The position numbers and the translations under genes were made by a program. Under the pieces are notes generated by a model. That model had not been told where the DNA came from. It ran no database searches and saw only the letters and a list, made by a program, of their open reading frames with translations. A stretch of DNA of 64,000 bases from Promethearchaeia archaeon (GTDB lineage Archaea; Asgardarchaeota; Lokiarchaeia; Sigyniarchaeales; SOKP01): NCBI GenBank assembly GCA_029856045.1, contig JAHQWG010000047.1:64001-128000 (forward strand), written 5' to 3'. Shown piece after piece: positions 29,871 through 39,586 of this stretch. Each line of letters starts with the position of its first letter. Positions within the stretch are counted from its first letter, which is position 1.

Positions 29871-30416
29871 ATGGGGAAGGTTAAAATTATGAAGAGAATA
29901 ATGATCAGTGCAAAGAGATTGGGAACTATTGCACATTACATTGGAGTGATTTGTGAGTATCTCTTTGTAATCTTTTTGGCAGTATGGCTTAATAATGTTT
30001 TGAAATTACCAAATTTGTTTAATTTTCTAATCAGGATATTTGGTCTTTTATTGTCTGCTTTTGGGTTGTTTCTTATCTTTTGGAGTAGCTGGCTTCAGTT
30101 TAAGATAGGGCAAGGAACTACTGGGTTTTCTGAGCCTACTAAGAGGTTGGTCACTTATGGGCCATATGGACATGTAAGGAACCCTATGATGGAGGGTCAA
30201 TTTCTTTTTTTTGCAGGTTTTGGATTTCTTCTGGATCTTTTAGCAATGTTTATTATACTACCAATTTTAATTCTTGCAATACATGGATTTATCGTTTATA
30301 GTGAGGAACCTAATTTAAAAAGACGATTTGGACAAGATTGGGTAAGTTATACCGAGAGAGTGGCTAGATGGTTTCCTAGAATTTATAGGACTCACAACAA
30401 CACATATACAAAGTAA
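29871..30416 (+). CDS. Isoprenylcysteine carboxylmethyltransferase / PEMT family membrane protein
   Basis: LVTYGPYGHVRNPM, EE..L..RFG..Y..V.RW. Confidence 0.88.
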   Translation: MGKVKIMKRIMISAKRLGTIAHYIGVICEYLFVIFLAVWLNNVLKLPNLFNFLIRIFGLLLSAFGLFLIFWSSWLQFKIGQGTTGFSEPTKRLVTYGPYGHVRNPMMEGQFLFFAGFGFLLDLLAMFIILPILILAIHGFIVYSEEPNLKRRFGQDWVSYTERVARWFPRIYRTHNNTYTK

Positions 30417-30549
30417 TAATAAAATACAGAATTTAGGCGGGGTGAGATTGAGAATTTGCCAGTTGCAAATAATTCAGTAGATGTAATTATAATATGAAAA
30501 ATCTAATTAAGTATTTCAATAATTGAAATAAATAAAAAATTTTACAAGA

Positions 30550-31437
30550 TTAAGTAATTTCTTGCTTTGAAGGTTGTGGAGCCTTTTCAGTTAGTTTTCG
30601 CTCAGAAATATCTTGAACTATAACTTGAATTTGGATTTCATTTTGTAATTTAACTAAAGTATTTATAACATTCACCCAAATTAATTCACCATCTTTGGTA
30701 TAAATTTGAATCTCAATAGGATTTAACTTTTCTCCTCTACACAACTTTTTATAAGCATTCTCAATCTTAGTATATGCTTTTGAAGGAAATGCTGCCAATT
30801 CTAGAAAATTTCTGCCAATTAATTCATCTTTTTTTAGGTTAAATAATCTTTCAGCAACAGAATTGCAGTCTATAATTATACCTAGAAATTTTAGTAGAAA
30901 TATCGCAAATGGAGATGTTTCAAATAAATGACGAAATTTTTTTTCTGATTCTTTAAAATCTATTGTTGTTTCTGAAACTTTTTGTTCTAACTTTTTGCAT
31001 AATTCTTTATACTTTTCTTGGGATTCTTTTATTTTTTGTTCTGCTTTTTTTTGTTTGGTAATATCTCTAATAACTGCAATGAATTTGGTATTTCCATTAT
31101 CCTTATATATTCCTCCTCTCGCTTGAACAGGAATATAATGACCATTTTTATGGCGTGTTCTATATATAACTTCTACAATATCTCCTGAATAAATTGCTTT
31201 ATTCATTTTTTTTGCAATTTCTGGCAAATCTTCTGGATGGACGAAACTGAATGCATTCATTCCAATAATTTCCTCCAGTTGATACCCAAACAAATCAAAA
31301 GATCGCGGATTTACGAATGTAAATGTCCCATTTGAATCCAATTCTATAATAGCATCTATTATACTATTAATAAGTGTGCGGTATTTTTCCTCGGAATTTC
31401 TTATTTTTTCAATAGATTTTCTTTTTTTTGATCCCAT
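30550..31437 (-). CDS. Two-PAS-domain protein without output domain
   Basis: FVHPEDL, RDITKQK, QDISERK, then stop. Confidence 0.85.
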   Translation of the reverse strand: MGSKKRKSIEKIRNSEEKYRTLINSIIDAIIELDSNGTFTFVNPRSFDLFGYQLEEIIGMNAFSFVHPEDLPEIAKKMNKAIYSGDIVEVIYRTRHKNGHYIPVQARGGIYKDNGNTKFIAVIRDITKQKKAEQKIKESQEKYKELCKKLEQKVSETTIDFKESEKKFRHLFETSPFAIFLLKFLGIIIDCNSVAERLFNLKKDELIGRNFLELAAFPSKAYTKIENAYKKLCRGEKLNPIEIQIYTKDGELIWVNVINTLVKLQNEIQIQVIVQDISERKLTEKAPQPSKQEIT

Positions 31438-31776
31438 AAAAATTTACACCTATATGGAATATCTCTTTTTAAAATTCACTCGATTTTAAATTTTTTTTTA
31501 CTAATAATGTATTCCCTTACAACTACATCTTTTTTAAACAGAAATTAATTGTTCAAAGAAATTTAATATTCTTTAACTATATAATATTTTCTATCTAATA
31601 TTACAACCATTTTCTAAAAAATAAAAAATTTGTATTAAAAAAAAAAATTAAAAAAAAAATCTAGGTTTTTTTTGACAATCTTAATCATTTAATTCTGAGA
31701 TTTAGTTAAATAAATTGTTAAATAATAATAAGTGTAAAATTATAATATATTTTTAAAACTTTAGATTTGTGCTAAT

Positions 31777-32934
31777 ATGAATATTAAAGAAGTAAATGAA
31801 CTCATTTCTCATATTTCTGAAATTATAGATTACCAAGTTAAGAAAAGAGGTCTTTTGGAATCACAACTGTTTCCAGTAACTGCTTATGTTTGTGTTTCTT
31901 TTTATAATGCCTATGATATGCTTTATGATATTTTAAAAAAAATATCTGAAAAAACCACACCAGAGCGTATGGGGAAAGAGAGTAGAAAGATTCTCTCAGA
32001 ACTCCATGCATTATCTCTGTTCTATATTCCGTTATATTATATGATTGGCAGGATGGGAGAAATCCAGAGAAATAATGGGGATCCAAAAAGTGAAACTAGA
32101 GAGAAGAGGGAACAAACTATGTTTATTCTTGATTTCTGGAAATGTTTAGCTTCTTCATATTTCCTTGATAAAAAACTGACTGTTTATGATTCAAATAAGA
32201 TAAATATTGCTTTAAATCAACCTGATATAGAATGGTCGATAAATCAAATCATGGACGTAACTAGTGAAAAGGCTGTAGAGATTAAGAAAATAATGGGGAA
32301 TCTTGAAGTTGTCTCATTTCTTGATGAATGTGAAGCAAGAGCAAAAATATGTGACCACGGACCTTATAGAATCAGTGAGAATGAAATTATGATCTTCAGA
32401 GAAATTATGCATCTATATGACGGTAAAAAACCACACTTTCCATGGTCGGCTACTGAAGCAAAGGCACCTTATAGTAATATCGCTTTTGCATTTAGATTAA
32501 AAGATGTAGATGCAAAATTTGATGACTTCGCAACAATGACTACTACTCCTCTCAATTTCTCAGAAAATATAACAGGTGTTGCTTTATTTACACGAGATGG
32601 AAACACTGTGAAACCTATTGAGTTTGATGTCATAGATGCATTTAGTGATTATGCAGTAAAAGCTAATAAAGAATTATTTCTAAAATTCTCAAAATGGGAT
32701 AGGAAACAGCGTTTAATCGCGGGAGCATTTGCCTATTGCTATGGATATGCGAGGTATACTAATTTTGTGGGTATTACAGACCAAATAAACTGGGAACTCA
32801 CAGAACGAACGATGAATAAATACATTCCAATCTTCATGGAAAGCGATTTTGATCCTGGCATACCTAGATTATTCAGAAGTAAGCGACAAGTAGCTAAGGA
32901 AGGACCCTCCTTATATCTCCTACCTGAGGATTAA
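31777..32934 (+). CDS. Uncharacterised soluble protein (385 aa)
   Basis: Long ORF with enzyme-like motifs (ES.LFPVTAY, DECEAR..DHGPY, FPWS); family not assignable with confidence. Confidence 0.8.
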   Translation: MNIKEVNELISHISEIIDYQVKKRGLLESQLFPVTAYVCVSFYNAYDMLYDILKKISEKTTPERMGKESRKILSELHALSLFYIPLYYMIGRMGEIQRNNGDPKSETREKREQTMFILDFWKCLASSYFLDKKLTVYDSNKINIALNQPDIEWSINQIMDVTSEKAVEIKKIMGNLEVVSFLDECEARAKICDHGPYRISENEIMIFREIMHLYDGKKPHFPWSATEAKAPYSNIAFAFRLKDVDAKFDDFATMTTTPLNFSENITGVALFTRDGNTVKPIEFDVIDAFSDYAVKANKELFLKFSKWDRKQRLIAGAFAYCYGYARYTNFVGITDQINWELTERTMNKYIPIFMESDFDPGIPRLFRSKRQVAKEGPSLYLLPED

Positions 32935-32939
32935 TTAAA

Positions 32940-33860
32940 ATGACTCCAGAAGAAAGGGATCATACATTATCAGAAGATTTTGAACTATTCCACAAACCTA
33001 ATAACGATTTAAAATGGAGAGAATCTTATTATTTCAATTGGGCGGACCTAAAAAACAAGATTTCAGGTTTTTCTACAATTGGAATATTACCTAACGATAA
33101 AAAAAGAGAACTCGTTTTTGTTCTTTTCTTGGACAACAAAATGGAAGTTTATTATAAGGAACCTTTTTTAGAAAACTACGTGAATGACATTAATATCATG
33201 TTAAGAGATAATAAATTAACCTATAAAATGATTAAACCCCTTCAAACATGGGAGATAGATTATAAGTGTAGGAAATTTGAATTTAACTTGACTTTTAAAA
33301 CGAGATTTTCACCTTTTAATTTTGGACAAGATTCCTCTAGGTCTTGGCATCGACATTTTGAAGCGTCAGGAATAGTTAAAGGTGTAATAAAGTTCAAAGA
33401 TAATAGTATTAGGACGATTCATGGTTTTGGTGAACGAGATAAAAGTTGGGGGTATAGAGATTGGCATCAATTTGACAAATGGTTCGCTGGTCATTTCCAA
33501 TTCAAAAAATGGTCATGCGCATTCCGAAAAGATTATGAAAAGAATAAAATTAACCTTTCAGGGTATATTGCAAATGAAAAAGGTAATACTCCACTTGCTC
33601 AGCTTGATATCAAAACTATTAATGATACTGATCAATTTCAAAGTCCTCTTACGTCAATGTATATTATCACTGATATCGAAGGTAAGTCATATACTATCAA
33701 GTCAAAACGAATGGAACAAAATAGTTATATACGGTTTGCAAGAGAGTTTCCAGGAGGGTATACTGAATTATTTGAACAGATGGTCATTATGGAATCTATT
33801 GACACAGGTGAAATTGGAACGGGCATGACAGAGTATTTACGCACTATAAAATCGGATTAA
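32940..33860 (+). CDS. CrtC/tocopherol-cyclase-like beta-fold protein (DUF7064/7065-like)
   Basis: WRESYYFNW and HFEASG..G.....GERDKSWGYRDW motifs. Confidence 0.65.
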   Translation: MTPEERDHTLSEDFELFHKPNNDLKWRESYYFNWADLKNKISGFSTIGILPNDKKRELVFVLFLDNKMEVYYKEPFLENYVNDINIMLRDNKLTYKMIKPLQTWEIDYKCRKFEFNLTFKTRFSPFNFGQDSSRSWHRHFEASGIVKGVIKFKDNSIRTIHGFGERDKSWGYRDWHQFDKWFAGHFQFKKWSCAFRKDYEKNKINLSGYIANEKGNTPLAQLDIKTINDTDQFQSPLTSMYIITDIEGKSYTIKSKRMEQNSYIRFAREFPGGYTELFEQMVIMESIDTGEIGTGMTEYLRTIKSD

Positions 33861-34092
33861 CTAATTTTTTCAATTCTTAATTGCTCTCTATTCGTAATAA
33901 TAATCTTATAGAGAATTTTCTTTTCTACAAAAAATATTTTATTATATTTAGGAAACTTTGTAGTAATATTATCTTAATTTAACTTCATTGGTTTAATTTT
34001 TAGAAATCTTTATATAGACTAAAATTGATGTAATAACAATTAAATTAACAATACTCGTTAATTTTTTAAAAATAAATGGAGCTTTTTTAATT

Positions 34093-34962
34093 TTGTGTGA
34101 TTGGTGTTTAAAACATGGTAATGGGAAAAAGTGGTATATGAATGCTAAAAATTACTCTAATGAGCTTGCTAAGGATTTAGATTTGGAAGATTATTTAACA
34201 GAACAGTGGATGAATTTTGAAACTGTTTTTATTAGAAAAATTATGGGTATTTCTTCCAAAGGTCTGGGATACAAACTCAAGATGCCTATTATTGGGAGGG
34301 TATTACGTTGGCTAGCTGAGAGGATGATTCATAGTGAAAGTAAAAATAGAAACCCTATGAGAGCTGATGGCCATTTTGGACAAGTTTTACCTTTGGAGGA
34401 CGCACAGATTATTCTCTCTGAGTTAGCTGCTGAACCAATAATGGAAAACTACTGTATGTGCCGATGGATGCAGAAAGGAAAAAAAGAAGCTTGTTGCATC
34501 AATTTTGGTGTATTATCTGGAGTTATAGAGAAACTTCCAAGATTTATTCCAAAAGACAGAGTTGTAATGTTAGATCGAGAACAAGCAATGGAGAGATTGG
34601 AAGAACATAATAAAAAAGGCTATATAGCTTCTGTCTGGTTTCAACCAGTACCGTATATATGCGCTATATGTTCATGTGAAACTCCTGAATGTGGCGGACT
34701 TCGTTTAAGAAATGATTTCAATTTGAAAGCTGTATATAAGGCAGAATATATTATTCAATTAGATCATGATAAATGTGAAGGATGTAAGGCATGTGTATCT
34801 ATGTGTCAATTCAGCGCTATAAGATTTATACCCTCAATAAATAGAGTCATGATAGATTATGATAAATGTTTTGGGTGCGGGGTCTGCCGTCATGCATGTA
34901 AATTTGATGCATTACACCTCATTCCAAGAGAAGAATATCCAGGATTTGATGGAAAATACTAG
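34093..34962 (+). CDS. 4Fe-4S binding protein
   Basis: CMCR, ICAICSC..C, and two C-terminal CxxCxxCxxxC motifs. Confidence 0.85.
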   Translation: MCDWCLKHGNGKKWYMNAKNYSNELAKDLDLEDYLTEQWMNFETVFIRKIMGISSKGLGYKLKMPIIGRVLRWLAERMIHSESKNRNPMRADGHFGQVLPLEDAQIILSELAAEPIMENYCMCRWMQKGKKEACCINFGVLSGVIEKLPRFIPKDRVVMLDREQAMERLEEHNKKGYIASVWFQPVPYICAICSCETPECGGLRLRNDFNLKAVYKAEYIIQLDHDKCEGCKACVSMCQFSAIRFIPSINRVMIDYDKCFGCGVCRHACKFDALHLIPREEYPGFDGKY

Positions 34963-34970
34963 GTGATTAT

Positions 34971-35225
34971 ATGAGTAAAACAAAAATAAGAATAGATTAT
35001 TCAAAATGTGGAGAGAATGGGAAGGTCGACCCCAGAGATTGCCGTAAATGTCTTGAAGTATGTGATCCATGTGTCTTTTTAATGCACGAAGCGTTAGGTT
35101 ATAAAGAAGAGGACCCATATAATCCACAACATTGGCGAATCACACCAGTATGGCCCTCTGTTTGTACACGCTGTTTCTATTGTGTTAAAGCATGCCCTGA
35201 AAAAGCAATAAAGATATCTTGGTAA
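34971..35225 (+). CDS. Small ferredoxin
   Basis: C..CRKCLEVCDP and CTRCFYCVKACP; AGGTGA RBS. Confidence 0.85.
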   Translation: MSKTKIRIDYSKCGENGKVDPRDCRKCLEVCDPCVFLMHEALGYKEEDPYNPQHWRITPVWPSVCTRCFYCVKACPEKAIKISW

Positions 35226-35306
35226 TTATTTAAGCTCTTTTCTTTTACCTTATTTAATAAATTGTATGTCCAATATTTCTTCCTTCTAAATAAATATTTT
35301 AAAAAT

Positions 35307-35396
35307 ATGGACAAGAATTGGAATACATTAATTTTAATAGAAAATTAGAGTTCCAATTTTATAAAAAAAAATCTTATTTTTTTATCGAAATTTAAA
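35307..35396. repeat. Direct repeat C, copy 2 (contains hairpin AATTGGAA..TAATTTT-N5-AAAATTA..TTCCAATT)
   Basis: Matches 28799-28885. Confidence 0.7.
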
Positions 35397-35406
35397 TGGG
35401 AGAATT

Positions 35407-35763
35407 ATGATAGGGTTTAGAAGAGGTATACAATTAAAAATGAGTGATTTTGATAATTTCTCGGAGATTGATTATTATGATAAAATCCTTCAATTTTTTT
35501 CTTCGAAAAATAGAAACGCAGAAGAAACAGAGAGATGGAAGGAATCAATGATAATTGAACTTATGAAATTATTTAAGAAGAAAGAAAAATCAAGTAATTT
35601 AATTGAAATTAAGAATTTAATTCAAAATGCAATAATTCTAATTCTTTCACTTTCAGAAAATATACCTCTCGATTATTACGATACAATGGGTAAAGATTCA
35701 AAAAATCTTTCTTTAACTGAAAAAAAAGAATTAAAAAATAAATTATGCAAATTAATTGCATAA
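35407..35763 (+). CDS. Hypothetical protein (likely start ATG 35440)
   Basis: ORF with GAGGT RBS before MSDFD. Confidence 0.65.
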   Translation: MIGFRRGIQLKMSDFDNFSEIDYYDKILQFFSSKNRNAEETERWKESMIIELMKLFKKKEKSSNLIEIKNLIQNAIILILSLSENIPLDYYDTMGKDSKNLSLTEKKELKNKLCKLIA

Positions 35764-35886
35764 AAAAAATTAATCTACACTAAGGTAGAATTCGCTAATT
35801 TTTTAATTAATATTAATTGCAAAAAGCCTATCGAATAATTTTATATATTATTAGTACAAATTAGTTATTAAATAAAAATTAGATTT

Positions 35887-36552
35887 TTGATAAATATGAG
35901 TACAGAAGCTTCGCTACAGGCGCTGGAGGGGCTTAGAGATCTTTCAACGCTTAAATGGTATGTAATCCCCCTCCTTGCAATTGTTTTATATATCTATACA
36001 ATCGAGATCAAGAAAGCCCGTGAATCTGGTAATTGGAATGTTATTTATTCTGGTTTGACTCTTTTTGGCATGGATTTTATTAATGAAACTTGGAATGGTT
36101 GGGTATATCATCTTACACAACATTCAGCGTTTTGGACTACACCCGGCCAAACTGCGTTGCGGGTGATGATGGGTTGGAATGTTGAGATTATTTTCATGTT
36201 CTTAATAGCAGGCATCGTTTTCGCAAATGCACTTCCAGAAGATAAGAATGCAAAAATTTTGGGGATTCCGAATCGCTGGGCTTTAGCTATAGGATTTTCA
36301 GTTTTTTGTGTTTTCATAGAAGTCCTTTTGAATATTGGAGGTCTTCTAGTTTGGGAATATCCCTTTTGGAACGCCTCTATCACTGGGATTTGGTTGATTT
36401 TCTTTCTTGGATACTTTCACTTCTATGTAGTTACATTTTGGGTACATGACATGAGAGATAATAAGAATAAACTCAAAGTTTTAGGAATTATTTATGGATT
36501 TGCGATTTTGGCTAATATAATATTTCTCGGATTCCTTGGTTGGGTATATTAA
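35887..36552 (+). CDS. Conserved-looking polytopic membrane protein, Trp-rich
   Basis: About 6 TM with intramembrane acidic residues (MDFINETWNG, GWNVEI, FIEVLLN). Confidence 0.8.
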   Translation: MINMSTEASLQALEGLRDLSTLKWYVIPLLAIVLYIYTIEIKKARESGNWNVIYSGLTLFGMDFINETWNGWVYHLTQHSAFWTTPGQTALRVMMGWNVEIIFMFLIAGIVFANALPEDKNAKILGIPNRWALAIGFSVFCVFIEVLLNIGGLLVWEYPFWNASITGIWLIFFLGYFHFYVVTFWVHDMRDNKNKLKVLGIIYGFAILANIIFLGFLGWVY

Positions 36553-36630
36553 AAAAAAATCTATATAGGCGAATATCGTTTAATCGCTAAATTTTTTTTT
36601 TTCTAAAAACTATAAAATAATTAGATAATA

Positions 36631-37470
36631 ATGAAAATTCCAATTATCTATTTCTCATCTTCTGGTAATACAAAATACATAGCTCAATTAATTAGTGAAG
36701 GGTTAAAATTCGCTAATTTCAAAACTGAATTGATTCCATTTAATTCTTTAAAGGAAAAGAATTTAGATTTTAATAGAATTAATGTATTTGGAATTGGAGC
36801 CCCAATTTATGCCATGTCTTTCACTCCCAATATAAGAGATTGGGTTAAAAAAATTCCAAGCGTTAATAGAAAAATAAAATTCTTTTTATTCGATACGAAT
36901 GCTGGACTGCCCGGACCATCAATTAAAAATATAAGGAAAATCCTAGGAAAAAAAAAATTTGAATTTATAGGAGCACTTGAAATAATAGTTCCAACAAGGG
37001 ATTCAGTTTTTGAGATGAAATTTTTTAAATACGTTAAGTGGTCAAGAAGGAATATTGAAAAATCTTTTCAATTTGGGATTAAACTTGGCAAAATAATTAG
37101 ATTGGGAAAAGGCACTTTGGATTTGTCATCACTTCCTATACCTTTTGGTAGAGTAATTTATGCCTACTTTAAAATATTAGAAAGACCATCTTATAACCTT
37201 TTAAGTCGTTTATTTGGATTTAACTCAAAAAAATGCATTAAATGTAAAACTTGTGAGAAAGAATGCCCTACTAAAGCTATAATTTTTAAAAATGGCCCTA
37301 TAATTGACCATAATAGGTGCATACTCTGTTTTAAATGTACCCGAAATTGCCCTACAAGTGCTCTTTTTTTCAAATTAATTCCCAAAGCAACATATTTTAA
37401 AGGTCCTAAAAATATTCGAGGATATATATCTCCGGATCAGTTATTAGAAGAATATAAAAGAAGAGTTTGA
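36631..37470 (+). CDS. EFR1-family flavodoxin-ferredoxin fusion
   Basis: YFSSSGNT flavodoxin loop plus two CxxCxxCxxxCP motifs. Confidence 0.9.
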   Translation: MKIPIIYFSSSGNTKYIAQLISEGLKFANFKTELIPFNSLKEKNLDFNRINVFGIGAPIYAMSFTPNIRDWVKKIPSVNRKIKFFLFDTNAGLPGPSIKNIRKILGKKKFEFIGALEIIVPTRDSVFEMKFFKYVKWSRRNIEKSFQFGIKLGKIIRLGKGTLDLSSLPIPFGRVIYAYFKILERPSYNLLSRLFGFNSKKCIKCKTCEKECPTKAIIFKNGPIIDHNRCILCFKCTRNCPTSALFFKLIPKATYFKGPKNIRGYISPDQLLEEYKRRV

Positions 37471-37528
37471 ACCAAGGTTAATTAAAATAGATAAAATAAA
37501 GTTAATAAACATTAGATATCTTATTTTT

Positions 37529-39487
37529 TTGATACTTAAAATGAAAAATGTTTATCGATTTCTTCTAATAATCTTAATTACTTCTTTCAGTATTTATAGT
37601 GTTTTTTATATGATTTGCCTTCCCATTTATTCTGATTCCTCACAAGAGAAAATTCTAATTTCTGAAAGTGTTCCTACAGAGAATTTAAAGTTACCCAAAA
37701 TGGCTTCAATTGAGGGAAATTTCTCAAGTTATAATCTATCTGTTATATTGGATGAGGCCAGTTCAATTATTCAAGGAAATTTGAGTGTTGATTTTTATAA
37801 TAATGATCCTGTAAGTTTTATTAAACTTCCTTTTCATCTCTATTTATCCGGAATGGAGTTTGAAAGTAGAAGAGGTAATATTGAAATTGTAAATGTGACA
37901 AAAGCAGATAACCCCGATATTGGTCTCGCATTTGAAGTAGATTCAGAAGAGCAAATTATGTGGGTAACTTTAGACACCACTTTAGAATCATTTCAGCGGG
38001 TTTCATTCATTATTAGTTTTACTGCTACTCTACCAGATGGGGGTATTGATAGAGCAAATTCACACGGAGATGATATTAACCAATCTCGAATTTATAAAGT
38101 TTCAGGTTTTTATCCCATGCCGTGTGTTTATGATAAGTATGATGGTTGGAATACAGATCCGTATCTGAAAATAGGGGATCCATTCTATTTTGATATGGCT
38201 TACTATCACTTGTTCGTTGAAGTCCCTAATGAAATGGTTATAGCAGCAACAGGAAATTTAACTGAAAGAATAAATAATAGCAACTATACAATTTATCATT
38301 TTGATACGATTTATCCTGTTCGAGAGGTCACATTTTCAGCTTCAAAATATTTTATGGTTGATTCCAAGAGAGTAAATGGTGTCAATATTTCGACTTATTA
38401 CTTACCAAAATCCGAATCTATTTGGAAAAATAATGCATTAAATTATGGTATTAATGCTATTACCCTATATAATGAAACATTTGGCTTATATCCTTATCCC
38501 ACATTTAACATTGTTGAGGAATACACAAACTATGGGGGAATGGAATATCCAAATCAAGTTTATATAACAGAATCTATTGATTATTGGGATTATCCTCAAT
38601 GGTTTCTCGAGAAAATTATCGCACATGAAACTAGTCATCAATGGTGGTATAATCTTGTGGGAAATGATGAAGTAGATTGGGGTTTTTTAGATGAGATGCT
38701 CGCATGTTGGTCTACAGATTATTATGCTGAGATATATCATTCTGATTGGAAATATTTTCAATATGAACTATATATCAACGAAGTGAGGACTTATTTCGAA
38801 GAATTAGTACTACCAAATAGAATAAACCAATCGATATATGAGTGTAATACAAGTTATACTGATTATTGGTATGTCGCATATAAAAAAGCTCCCTTGATTT
38901 TAGAAAAATTTCGTAATAGCATCGGTGATGTGAATTTTTTCTCAGGATTAAAACTCTACTTTGAGCGATATCAATATAAAATTGCTTTATTATCAGATTT
39001 ACAGCATTGTTTTGAAGATACCATTGGGACATCATTGGATTGGTTCTTTTTGCCTTGGTTTGATAATCCATATCTTCCCAGCTACGTTTTTACGAGTGTT
39101 ATTTACGAATTGTATGAGAACATACTATATATTACTGTTGAAGACCTCAATGAAGCAAATAATAACTATCCTTATTCTCAACAAATTCCACTTCAGGTAT
39201 ATGACGCGAATGGACAAATTTTATTCAATGAAATTGTTTGGATAAATAGTACTACGACTTTTTCCATACCAATGACAACTAATCCAACTGAAGTGAGTTT
39301 AATATACAATGAAAATGTTTTAGTTCAATTAAGTTCTGTTGATATTGAATCATTAAAGGCAGGTGTTGAAAACCCAGTTATTGCGTTTATTATAATTATA
39401 ATAATTATTGCATGCAGTGTCCCAGTGGGGTTGTTGATAATTTTTAAGATACTACGAAAACGCAAAAAAATTTTAATGGAAAACTAA
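37529..39487 (+). CDS. Membrane-anchored extracellular M1-family aminopeptidase
   Basis: GGMEYP, HETSHQWW..DE, YKKA; N-terminal signal and C-terminal TM. Confidence 0.92.
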   Translation: MILKMKNVYRFLLIILITSFSIYSVFYMICLPIYSDSSQEKILISESVPTENLKLPKMASIEGNFSSYNLSVILDEASSIIQGNLSVDFYNNDPVSFIKLPFHLYLSGMEFESRRGNIEIVNVTKADNPDIGLAFEVDSEEQIMWVTLDTTLESFQRVSFIISFTATLPDGGIDRANSHGDDINQSRIYKVSGFYPMPCVYDKYDGWNTDPYLKIGDPFYFDMAYYHLFVEVPNEMVIAATGNLTERINNSNYTIYHFDTIYPVREVTFSASKYFMVDSKRVNGVNISTYYLPKSESIWKNNALNYGINAITLYNETFGLYPYPTFNIVEEYTNYGGMEYPNQVYITESIDYWDYPQWFLEKIIAHETSHQWWYNLVGNDEVDWGFLDEMLACWSTDYYAEIYHSDWKYFQYELYINEVRTYFEELVLPNRINQSIYECNTSYTDYWYVAYKKAPLILEKFRNSIGDVNFFSGLKLYFERYQYKIALLSDLQHCFEDTIGTSLDWFFLPWFDNPYLPSYVFTSVIYELYENILYITVEDLNEANNNYPYSQQIPLQVYDANGQILFNEIVWINSTTTFSIPMTTNPTEVSLIYNENVLVQLSSVDIESLKAGVENPVIAFIIIIIIIACSVPVGLLIIFKILRKRKKILMEN

Positions 39488-39586
39488 TATTTAGAATTTT
39501 TTTTAAAATTTTTCTCCTTGATAATTATTAAATAGTTCAAAATGGAATAAGAAATATTAATTTAAAAAATAAATATTTGATAATTA

